Below are positions 49,301-60,895 of a stretch of DNA of 64,000 nucleotides, in pieces (position 1 is the stretch's first letter; every line of letters begins with the position of its first letter). The notes beneath the pieces were generated by a model. That model was not told where the DNA came from. It worked only from the letters and a program-made list of their open reading frames with translations, and searched no databases. Source of the stretch: Owenia fusiformis (taxonomy: Eukaryota); assembly GCA_903813345.2 (NCBI GenBank), contig CAIIXF020000001.1, forward strand, positions 11,036,001 through 11,100,000. The letters are read 5' to 3'. The position numbers were made by a program, and so were the translations under genes.

Positions 49301-52300
49301 GGGGTGTATTGAACGATATTACACCTGCTCTGGGGTCTATATTACAATCGAACATGAAAATTCACCAAAATGTTTCGAATATTTATTATGGTCCACCATT
49401 ACTACAACCTGCAGTTATGACTTCACACATTACTTGTATTATCAGGTGTACTGTTCGCGAATATACCCCGGATGAAATGTTGACTTTGTTTAAAATTTAT
49501 AGAAGGCGTGAATACAGTCATGCTCAAATATACAAATATTTCATACTATTGAGGTGAATACCTGATCATCTTTCAATGATTCTAGCAAGATGTATTACCC
49601 AAAGCCCAAAGACAATCCTGACTAAGAATTTTTGTTCACTGTGTTTTTATTGGCATTCATTTTATCTGTATCAAACTGTTACACTTTCGTAACCATTTGC
49701 AATAAAGAGCATATTTCTCTTAAAAACTGACTTACTTATATTCTTTTCTAGATTTCCATGGCTCTTACCCATTCTGGACTCTGACTATGCAGCAGATAGA
49801 ATCATGCTGGCTATATTGACCAATCAGAAGCAATTATGCATTCCACGTATAATATACTTTCTTGTAATGTTGAAAACGTGAGTATTTTTGTCGACATTAC
49901 TAAAGAGCGAATCCTACATGCCACAGGTTGATCAATGATACCATCTGTGTGTGATGTTTGCGTGTGTTACTGTATGTGACTGTTACTACCATATTGTGTG
50001 ATGTTTGCGTGTGTTACTGTATGTGACTGTTACTACCATATTGTGTGATGTTTGTGTGTGTTACTGTATGTGACTGTTACTACCATATTGTGTGATGTTT
50101 GTGTGTATTACTGTATGTGACTGTTACTACCATATTGTGTGATGTTTGTGTGTATTACTGTATGTGACTGTTACTACCATCTGTGTGTGATGATTGCATG
50201 TATTACTGTATGTGACTGTTACTACCATATTGTGTGATGTTTGTGTGTGTTACTGTATGTGACTGTTACTACCATATTGTGTGATGTTTGCGTGTGTTAC
50301 TGTATGTGACTGTTACTACCATCTGTGTGTGATGTTTGTGTGTGTTACTGTATGTGACTGTTACTACCATATTGTGTGATGTTTGTGTGTATTACTGTAT
50401 GTGACTGTTACTACCATATTGTGTGATGTTTGTGTGTATTACTGTATGTGACTGTTACTACCATCTGTGTGTGATGATTGCATGTATTACTGTATGTGAC
50501 TGTTACTACCATATTGTGTGATGTTTGTGTGTGTTACTGTATGTGACTGTTACTACCATATTGTGTGATGTTTGCGTGTATTACTGTATGTGACCGTTGC
50601 TACCGTATTGTGTAATGTTTGCGTGTATTACTGTTTATGACTGTTGCTACCATATGTGTGTGATGTTTTTATGTATTACTGTATATGACCATTACTTACT
50701 ACCATATTGTGTGATGTTTGTGTGTATTACTCTATGGGACCGTTGCTACCATATGTGTGTGATGTTTGCGTGTGTGTTACTGTATGTGACTGTTGCTGAT
50801 CCATATGTGTGTGATGTTTGCATGTATTACTGTATGTGACCGTTACTACCATTTGTGTGTGATGTTTGTGTGTGTTACTGTATGTGACTGTTACTACCAT
50901 ATTGTGTGATGTTTGCATGTATTACTGTATGTGACCGTTACTACCATTTGTGTGTGATGTTTGTGTGTGTTACTGTATGTGACTGTTACTACCATATTGT
51001 GTGATGTTTGCGTGTATTACTATATGTGACCGTTGCTACCATATATGTGTGATGTTTGCGTGTATTACTGTATGTTCCCATTGCTACCATATTGTGTGGT
51101 GTTTGTGTGTATAACTGTATGTTACCATTGCTACCATATTGTGTGATGTTTGCGTGTATTACTGTATGTCACTGTTGCTACCATATTGTGTGATGTTTGC
51201 ATGTGTTACTGTTACTGGATGTGACCGTTGCTACCATATTGTGTGATGTTTGAGTGTGTTACTGTATGTGACTGTTACTACCATATTGTGTGATGTTTGC
51301 GTGTGTTACTGTATGTGACTGTTACTACCATCTGTGTGTGATGTTTGTGTGTGTTACTGTATGTGACTGTTACTACCATATTGTGTGATGTTTGAGTGTG
51401 TTACTGTATGTGACTGTTACTACCATATGTGTGTGATGTTTGAGTGTGTTACTGTATGTGACTGTTACTACCATATTGTGTGATGTTTGAGTGTGTTACT
51501 GTATGTGACTGTTACTACCATATTGTGTGATGTTTGAGTGTGTTACTGTATGTGACGGTTGCTACCATCTGTGTGTGATGTTTGTGTGTGTTACTGTATG
51601 TGACTGTTACTACCATATTGTGTGATGTTTGAGTGTGTTACTGTATGTGACTGTTACTACCATATTGTGTGATGTTTGCGTGTATTACTGTATGTGACTG
51701 TTACTACCATATTGTGTGATGTTTGCGTGTGTTACTGTATGTGACTGTTACTACCATATGTGTGTGATGTTTGAGTGTGTTACTGTATGTGACTGTTGCT
51801 ACCATATGTGTGTGATGTTTGCGTGTATTACTGTATATGACCATTGCTACCATATGTGTGTGATGTTTGCGTGTATTACTGTATGTGACTGTTACTACCA
51901 TATTGTGTGATGTTTGCGTGTGTTACTGTATGTGACTGTTACTACCATATTGTGTGATGTTTGCGTGTGTTACTGTATGTGACTGTTACTACCATATTGT
52001 GTGATGTTTGTGTGTATTACTGTATGTGACTGTTACTACCATATTGTGTGACATTTGCGTGTGTTACTGTATGTGACCGTTGCTACCATATGTGTGTGAT
52101 GTTTGCGTGTAATACTGTATGTGGCCATTGCTACCATATTGTATGATGTTTGTGTGGGTTTTATGAATATTGAGTGACGTTTGCTTGCATAATGACCACT
52201 GCTGTCACATGTTGTGATGTTTGCTTGCGTTATATGACCATTGCCAGTTTACAACCATGACCATTGCTACCATATTGTGTGATGTTTGTTTGCATTATAT

Positions 52301-55300
52301 GACCATTGCTACCATATTGTGTGATGTTTGTTTGCATTATATGACCATTGCTGTCATATTGAGTGATGTTTGTTTGCATTATATGACCATTGCTACCATA
52401 TTGAGTGATGTTTGCTTGCATTATGACCATTGCTACCATATTGTGTGATGTTTGCTTGCATAATGACCTTTGCTACCATATTGTGTGATGTTTGCTTGCG
52501 TTATATGACCATTGCTTCCATATTGAGTGATGTTTGCTTGCATAATGACCATTGCTACCATATTGTGTGATGTTTGCTTGCGTTATATGACCATTGCTTC
52601 CATATTGAGTGATGTTTGCTTGCATAATGACCATTGCTACCACATTGTGTGATGTTTGTCTGCATTATATGACCATTGCTTCCATATTGAGTGATGTTTG
52701 CTTGCATAATGACCTTTGCTACCATATTGTGTGATGTTTGCTTGCGTTATATGACCATTGCTTCCATATTGAGTGATGTTTGCTTGCATAATGATCATTG
52801 CTACCATATTGTGTGATGTTTGTCTGCATTATATGACCATTGCTGTCATATTGAGTGATGTTTGCTTGCATAATGACCATTGCTACCATATTGTGTGATG
52901 TTTGTTTGCATTATATGACCATTGCTTCCATATTGAGTGATGTTTGCTTGCATAATGATCATTGCTACCATATTGTGTGATGTTTGTTTGCATTATATGA
53001 CCATTGCTGTCATATTGAGTGATGTTTGCTTGCATAATGACCATTGCTACCATATTGTGTGATGTTTGTTTGCATTATATGACCATTGCTTCCATATTGA
53101 GTGATGTTTGCTTGCATAATGATCATTGCTACCATATTGTGTGATGTTTGTTTGCATTATATGACCATTGCTGTCATATTGAGTGATGTTTGCTTTCATA
53201 GTGACCATTTATCATATTGTGTCATGTTTGCTTGTGCTGTAGAGAAAATTGTTTCCATAAAGTCTAACTGTGTGTGTTTTTGTTAGTTTTAAGTCATTAC
53301 TAAAAACATTTTGATTTTCTATGTTTATAAGTCCTTTTATTTTTGAATGCTTTAATTATTTCACTCATTTCTGAGTAGAATTAAATAAACACCCTAACTC
53401 AAATTATGCTAGCATTATAAGACACTTGAGAATTTATTTTTGGGTAATTTTTAAGCACTTCCATATTTCATTTGTGATAAATATTAATCTCATTTTGCCT
53501 GAATTGCACCAAACACTTTATTACAGGGTGACCCCAAAAATTGCAACCCTCCATTTCTTCTATATTTTTCTTAAATGGAGTTAAATTACTCTGAGATTTG
53601 GCACACAAGGACTTCATTCAATGTGGGATACTCTGGCACAGTTTTGATAATCATAGTCTTATATTGATAAAGTTATGGTTGTTTCAAAATATGCTCCAGA
53701 TGTTTTTTTGGGTCACCCTGTATTTACTCTAAAGCCCAATTATTTAACACATAGCTGGTATACATTTTGAAGTAGCAGTTGTGTCATCTGTTTCAGAGTT
53801 TTGCCTTTTGTGTATTAACTATTTGTTGATTATTTCAGGCTCACTCCTATTTCAGTGCTAAAACCTGTTTACAGGTTTTTAGGTGTTCATACCTTTATGG
53901 ATAATTATAAGCCAAGAGTGGTATAAATAATGATTTTGTTACTTATGCACATTAGGCCTATATGAGTTAATTGTCTGTTTAGCAGTACCTGGTGTGTCAT
54001 CCAGAAAGCTTCCTTGGGATCCTTTTTATGGCACCTTTTTGAAGTGCTATATTGTCATTGTCTTGGGCCGTTGGGCCTGCGGGTTGGTGGATGCCACATA
54101 AATTCTGTCAGCAAAATTCTGGCAAAAGCAGTTCCCTATTCAATAATCTGATTAGGTTTTGGGCATGCTGGGTAAATTATGTGGTTGTCATTTTGAATCT
54201 TCCGAATAAAAGTGTGAAAATGTAAAAAAAATTATATAGCCTAGTCACTAAGCCATTCTCTCCAAAAACTGCTAATCAGACAACTATACCTTGAGGGGCC
54301 TCACTTGTATTGTTACACCATGTATTGTATACTGTATGCAGATTGGAGGTTGAATGTTTTGTATACTGTATACAGATTTGTGGTTGAATGTCGCACCATG
54401 CATGGTACAGGCTACTAATAGGAATGTAGGGTATAAATGAATGCAAAAGTGTTCTTGTGCATGCTACTGAAACCTTAATTGGACCAATCACTGGAATATA
54501 AATAAATGTTTATTTGAGATGTCACAGAGAAAACTTTAAAGTTTTATTTGAGCATTTTAGATCAATATCAAAGTCATTTGATGAGCTTGTCTAGATAATG
54601 AAGTGACCAGTGTGATGGATAATCCAGAAAGGTTTTTTATATATGCACGGGCAGTACATAGTGAGCCAAAATTTCTTGATGCATAATAAATTTCTTATTC
54701 ATGTATTGTATAGAAATACACATTTTTGTTGCAAAATGTCACATGTCATTTCTAGACCTACATGTATGTAGTAACTAATGTACAGTAAAATGTGGTCATT
54801 TGTGATAGAGATACTGTATGTATGCTGGTATGTGAATGTACATGTACTATAATATTAATATTTACAATAAAATTCATCAAATATGATAATGCATCAATTT
54901 TCATCATTCACATTACTTGATACATTAACCAATAGTAAATAACTTTACCAGAAGCTGACACCTAAAGATAACAGACTGACAGAAGTAATTCTAAAACTAA
55001 AAAATTCATGAAATTAGTGAATGTTCAAGTCAAAATATTCTTCCATGGTTGTGGTATATTGAGACTGAAAGTTTAATCTAGGACATGTAGGAAGGGAAAT
55101 TTGACTCATAGTAAACTGGTTCAATGGGCAAAAAATATGAATGTGATAAAAAAGATCCTCTGACATTTCTGACAAAAAATCAAGCCTGATATAAATGAAC
55201 AGGGTGTGCCAGAACTAAGGAGAAATGTTTGAGGGAGATTTAGGCACTGTTGATTTTTATTAAAATTTGGTGCACTCATGAAACATACATTAAGGAATAT

Positions 55301-55731
55301 TTCTGAATTTATTGACATTTGAATTCTCTGTACCCTGTACTGTTATCTAGTTTTGTAATTGTTTCAATGAGAAATTACCTAATATTGATTCAACTTGGTA
55401 TTAAATCCAGGTACAAAATAATAGAATGATACTTATCATTGTGACAAATAGATGACATCAATGATGTCATAATAACTTGGTACAGGCATTGGTTTATTAT
55501 TTTGTTTTGTTCTTATTATTTTGTTTCTATGATTGATAATTTCTTATTTTTTGTTTCTATATTATCTTCAGTTTCATTCATAAAGTAACTTAAAATGCAA
55601 TTTTATAAATTCATGTTATGTGTTTCAGGATCGTGCCTGCTAGTGCATCACCGTATGTGCATCGATTCATGGGTGGTGATAAACTGATGGCAAACTTTGT
55701 TGGACGACAAGGGAACAAAAAGACCAACTAA
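40386..55731 (+). CDS. Short-chain dehydrogenase/reductase of the SDR16C family (RDH10/epidermal retinol dehydrogenase 2-like), ~307 aa with last exon B
   Basis: Exons 40386-40512, 43675-43831, 44330-44495, 44833-44914, 49004-49166, 49752-49877, 55629-55731. N-terminal [55 protein letters not shown]. Confidence 0.93.
40902..42884. mobile_element. CAG-ended element with 6-bp TSD (hAT6-like) in SDR intron 1
   Basis: CAGTACTGTCAAGTGTC...GACACTTGACAGCTCTG; TSD TGAAAT (40896-40901, 42885-42890); many subterminal GCGGGA repeats. Confidence 0.75.
41642..42475. mobile_element. Nested foldback MITE, hAT/Charlie-like
   Basis: AGGGTTTGTATAAAAAACC...GGTTTTTTATACAAACCCT with ~250-bp inverted arms; 8-bp TSD TTCTAGAT (NTCTAGAN type). 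Confidence 0.75.
45365..48950. mobile_element. 3.6-kb foldback element with long inverted arms built from CAAGATGGC subrepeats (SDR intron 4)
   Basis: TAGGCCATCAGC...GCTGATCGCCTA; the 45398-~46250 arm is the reverse complement of ~48000-48925 (e.g. AGAGTAAGAAAATATGTGATAGCATTGCAG / CTGCAATGCTATCACATATTTTCTTACTCT). Confidence 0.75.
49935..53235. repeat. 3.3-kb intronic minisatellite: 47/48-bp units switching to 40/42-bp units
   Basis: Unit ACCATATTGTGTGATGTTTGCGTGTGTTACTGTATGTGACTGTTACT up to ~52150, then ACCATATTGTGTGATGTTTGTTTGCATTATATGACCATTGCT and variants. Confidence 0.95.
53524..53720. mobile_element. Tc1/mariner MITE
   Basis: TA|CAGGGTGACCCCAAAAA...TTTTTGGGTCACCCTG|TA. Confidence 0.75.
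53839..53926 (+). CDS. Alternative terminal exon A of the SDR gene (302-aa isoform)
   Basis: TTTCAG acceptor, phase 2 like exon B; encodes [29 protein letters not shown], homologous to exon B (P.S.....RF.G....M.N). Confidence 0.7.
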
Positions 55732-55979
55732 AGAAATTAATGTGGAATGAATATTTAGCACTTCCTCTTCGGGACTATTAATTCAACTTACGATTCAAGA
55801 AAATGCAATCACCTTATAGCATCATGTCAATGTAATTTATGACTACAGATGATAGTTTACTAATTAAAGATGTCTTCATGAACATTTTAGTTTCACCAAA
55901 ATCTCAAAAGAGGGAGTGTCTCAAAGCACATAGCAATGCAACATGTTTTGAAACTGCTTATCAAACCAAAGATGAACTT

Positions 55980-56110
55980 GTATTAGGACTGCAGTATTAG
56001 TTAGTCATATAGTATTAGGACTGCAGTATTAGTTAGTCATATAGTATTAGGACTGCAGTATTAGTTAGTCATATAGTATTAGGACTGCAGTATTAGTTAG
56101 CCATATAGTA
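55980..56110. repeat. 32-bp tandem repeat, 4 copies, in the SDR 3' region
   Basis: Unit TATTAGGACTGCAGTATTAGTTAGTCATATAG. Confidence 0.9.
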
Positions 56111-56973
56111 TAAAGGTGCTTGGTTGGTTACTTAAAGTTAACCATATACCAATTTTATATTGCAACTGGAAATTGGCTTATGGAGAGTGTTTTGTTTATT
56201 TTTGTGTACTTTCGGTATGTACATGTTATTAGTTCCTTATTGTCTAAATGCCATATTACATGTACTTAATATATAAATGTAAATTGCTTTAATTTGATGA
56301 CAGTTTGATAACTTTATGATTAAAAGTTGTCATGTGTCTTGTTTGTGATTGTGTTAATTATTCCACTGAATGTTTGAGTAGAGATGCAGAGAAAAATCCA
56401 TATGCCTGTTGGATTGATTACTTAAGTATTGGTTGATAGATTTGGTTTAAATTTTATAGACTATTGCCTCATAAGGTATAAGCATAAAACCCCATTTTTC
56501 ATGTTTTTATACTTCCAATATGAAAAATAATTTTTGATAACTTACTTACTGATGCCCCATCAGTACATAAAAGGTGAGGTTGATGTTGATTTTTCTAGTC
56601 GTATTGTTTATCTATAATGAGCATTGGAACAGTACAAACACAATGACAGAGTACACTGTGTTAAATCTTTTCTTCTTTATCCATATTTGGAAGGATTTTA
56701 AAATTTTATGTAAGTTCAAAAACTAATTTTTGTAATGTGGACGTTATTTATTTTAAAATGTATTTGTTATCTGTAATATGCCAGTACAATGAATATGATA
56801 TTGTGCATAACAATCTGGGTATCAACCCAGTGTTAAACATACATATTATATGTAAATGTAATAAATAATTTTAAAATTGACATTCAATATAATTTGTTCC
56901 CTTCATTTGTTCATAGTAGAGTAAATACTCCTCTTTATTGCATACATAAAGGCAGGCAAAGGAGTGGTAAATA

Positions 56974-57141
56974 CAGTGAAACCTGTCAAGTGGAACGCCC
57001 CTAGAAATGGAACACCTCTGTCAGTGGAACACTTCAGAATCCTAAGACCAACTCTTAAATGAACCTCAATAAGTAGAACACCTTCAAAGTGGAACATATT
57101 TTAAAGGTACCAAAGGTGTTCCACTTTGACAGGTTTTACTG
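56974..57141. mobile_element. pogo/Tigger-like MITE in the probable LDAH 3'UTR
   Basis: TA|CAGTGAAACCTGTCAAGTGGAAC...GTTCCACTTTGACAGGTTTTACTG|TA. Confidence 0.75.
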
Positions 57142-57188
57142 TATGCCAAATTTAAATTAAGAAGGGAGTAAAAATCCTCTAAATTTCC

Positions 57189-59166
57189 TTATTCTAGATC
57201 ACATTTCAACCATTCTATGGTCAACTCGGCCATACCAACACTTGACTCTAAAACAAAGGCATGTTCATACCCTTTCTCACATAGTATTATATTACCCTGA
57301 GGAAAAATCTTTTTCATGTCATGGTAGTATTCTACTGGACACCAGTGGTCAGTGAGTCCATAATAAAACAGAATTTTGTCCAAGTTTTCTCTGATACCCT
57401 GTAGATCTGGCTCTCTAACAAGTTGCATCTCATCATTAGCCATGTACATTGAGTTCTGTTGGCATGCTGCATCAAATAAGCACAGAGCACCTTTAATGGT
57501 ACACTCAGGAACATTTCGTTGACTCATGTACTTCCTTATGATTCCCTCCTGAAGACTTTTAGGTAAATATGATGCTGCTAGGGTGAGCGGATAGGCTAGC
57601 CAGCGGGCATACCTCAAGAGAGGGGTGGCATACTGGCCCTGAGGGGACACCGCCATTCTCTCTATGGTTGGAAATAATAAATAAGACTTGATTATGTTCC
57701 ATTTTGGCAATCTCTTCATAATTTCTATGATGATTTGGCAACCTATGGAATGTCCTATAAGAACCAAGTTTAAGTTCTTGGGGATATGTTCTTGTATGAA
57801 TGCCACTTTATGCTGTGTTTGCCCCTCTAGAGTGAAAGGATTCCCAACTGGGTCTGAAGATAAACAAATAATTCTGCATTTTATATTTCATGAAGATATT
57901 TCTTATCTTATTATTTTAATTCTGCATTTTTAGATAAATAAGGATGCCTTGAATATATCATATAATTAATTCTTCAAAAAGTTTACAAATTGGTCAATTT
58001 CACAAATCTGTTAAATGATGAATTTCTAGTTTTTATGATAACCCGAGTGACAAATCAATCACTGAAAATCAAATTAATCATTTTAATAGTTTTTTGAAAA
58101 TGGCCAACATACGTTTCACAAATATCATTCAGAATATTCTAACTACCAAATATCAATCAAATCATAACCAGGCCAGGTTTTGATTAATTGTGAAACAAAT
58201 TCAATAATTCAAATCAAAATATATAACTATCATGCTTTAAACATGATTTGACAAACAATGGCACTCTGTAACTGTTTAAAGAAGTTTTGAAATATCATTC
58301 ACATTTATACAAGTAATATACTCGGAAAGTCTCCATTTATAGGTAGGCTGAGTAATAGGTGACAAACTGGTTATTAACTCTTCCCTTACATATAGGGTAC
58401 ATGTTACTGTCAAGCACAAACATTTTAGATGTACTGTATACACAGCCTTCTTTCATGACAACATAACAGAAAGGAAAGATAACGTGTATATTATTATACC
58501 ACTACCATATTGCCCCTTGTATTGTTTCGGAGCTGGGACATGACCCGCATGTGCAACAGCCCATACAGGAACCTTCTCTCCCAGGCCCTTGTAGATAATC
58601 TCCATGTATTCTGCATAGAAATCTGGTACACCTGGGTTACCTGTAAATGATGCAATAGAGCATGTTGAATCAATGATTACAATTCGGGTCAAAAGATGGC
58701 AGTGTTACATACTATCAATCAATAAAGACATAAAAATATAAAGACAATTTCAATTCTACATGTAGGACTAAAAAGATGGTTAAACTTCTGCAAGGTTAAA
58801 CTTGAAAACCAGTATGATGTGTTATTTGGTATCCCTTAGGGGACCTCATACTGACTTCAGTCTGCCACATGTGTGTGCTGAAGATACTGTAGGACTCAAT
58901 GAATTGCATATATGTAGGAAGCCATCACTGAACATGCTGGTACTGTATCACTGAAGAGTCTACAGGGATGCCTTAAAAGCATTGTGTTTACAAGATTATT
59001 TTATCTTACCTGGTATGATGAGAACTAGAGATTCCACTGAATCTCCAAGTGTCCCATATTGAAGAACATGAGTGGGAACACCAAGTACAGTGGGATACTC
59101 AGAAACATTCAATTGTTTTGTTTCTGGTTCTTTTGCGGGCGTATCGCTGAAGCTGCTTTGTGACAT
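57189..59166 (-). CDS. LDAH: Lipid droplet-associated hydrolase (C2orf43 family alpha/beta hydrolase), ~320 aa, 3 coding exons
   Basis: Exons 59166-59010, 58640-58500, 57853-57189; motifs IIPGNPG, HAGH, LIGHSIG, LLFPTIERM..SPQG, YYGLTDHWCP, HAF. Confidence 0.92.
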
Positions 59167-59728
59167 TCTTTTCCACCAGACACAAGACTCTTACCTCATG
59201 GACCTTCTAACGTGTGACCGTGTTGTCCCGACTCCCTACAGACAAAAAAGCAAGCAAAATGAATACATACTACAGCCCACTTCATTGTTTTATTTCGTCA
59301 GTAAAACCTAAAAAATAAGAAATCAAGATCATTGTGCAATAATATATGGAAAAATATATTCCTATTGTACATAAATGACATTTGTATATCTTGGATGGCT
59401 TCTAGTTTGGCTAATAAAGTATATGGCCTCTTATATTTTGATGCTTCTCTGCCATTTTCAAAAAGATTGAACATGGCTGAAATTACAGTTAAATTACACG
59501 TACATGAACATGAGGGCATGTGCATAGGCTTATTCAGAGACATATCATTTATATTTTAAATTTATATATCTCTGGCTTATTGCACAAAAAACTAAATAAT
59601 CTGAAATATACAAATGTCATTCATGTACAATATGAACATATATTATTGTAAATGGTCTCCTGATTTCTTATTTTTGGGGTTCTACTGACGAACTAAAACA
59701 GTGTTATGGGCTGTACAAGCATTAGCCA

Positions 59729-60895
59729 TGTTGAAGGCTTTAGCATTTGCTGATTTTTAAAATTTCGATATTTGTTTCGAAATTAAAAATCAGCAAATGC
59801 TAAAGCGAGACCGTATCTGTTGCAAGACTAACGCCTGGCGTAACCGTCACCTTGTTATTCAGTGTTTTTTAAGTAGCGCAAGGATCCTGCCATGACCGTG
59901 GTAATGTTATCGTGAAAGCCTGGTATAACCGCGACGATGCTGTATTATATTGCAATGCCTGCCATGACTGTGATAATGTAATATAGTTCTACAAGGCTCG
60001 GTATGACCGTGACAATGTAATATAGTACTGCAAGGCGCTGGCATGACCGTGACAATGTAATATAGTATTGCAAGTTCAGGTATGAGAGTGGTAATGTAGA
60101 AATTTACGATTAGGACTGCTATAACCGTGACAATGTGTATTGCAAAGCCTGGCATGACCGTGGCAATGTAATATAGTACTGCAAGGCCTGACGTGGCCGT
60201 GACAATGTAATATAGTATTGCAAGGCTTGGTATGACCGCCGTGGCAATGTGATATAATATTCCAAGTTCGGGTATGAGAGTGGTAATATAGAAATTTATG
60301 ATTTGCTATAAGTAACCATGACAATGTGTTTTTGAAAACCTGGCATGACCGTGGCAATGTATTATGGGATCGCAAAGCCTGGTATGACCGTGACAATGTA
60401 ATATAGTATTGCAAGGCCAGGTATGAGGGTGGTAATGTAGAAATTTAGGCTTAGTCCTACTATGACCGTTATAATGTATTGCAATGACTAGTAAATATGT
60501 ATGACATAATGCCAGGAATATCCTTAACAATTTTATGTGATCCGCATTTCAACTAAACAGTTTAATACTATGATCATGGTGTTTAACTACCTTAATCATG
60601 TCAAAATAAAAATTACTACTATTCATTAATATTCACATTCGCTTATAAACCACAATAAGGGCTACGGTCGCGCCAGGCTTCCACGATAACACTTCCAGGG
60701 TCATGACAGGCCTTGCAATATAATACAGCATTGTCACGGTTATACCAGCCTGTCACGGTTATACCAGGCTTACACAATAACACTACCACGGTCATGGCAG
60801 GATCCTTGCGCTACTTAAAAACACTTATTAACATGGTGACGGTTGTGGCAGGCGTAAGTCTTGCAATAGATAGCATGTGGCTAAAGCCTTCAACA
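59729..60895. mobile_element. Foldback element with TG...CA ends and an internal ~40-bp satellite
   Basis: TGTTGAAGGCTTTAGC...GCTAAAGCCTTCAACA; ~130-bp inner inverted arms; tandem ATGACCGTGACAATGTAATATAGTATTGCAAGG units at ~59890-60480. Confidence 0.7.

Noticed and set aside
50597-53286. Cys/His-rich ORFs on both strands
   Set aside because: Translations of the intronic minisatellite, repeatedly interrupted by stops.
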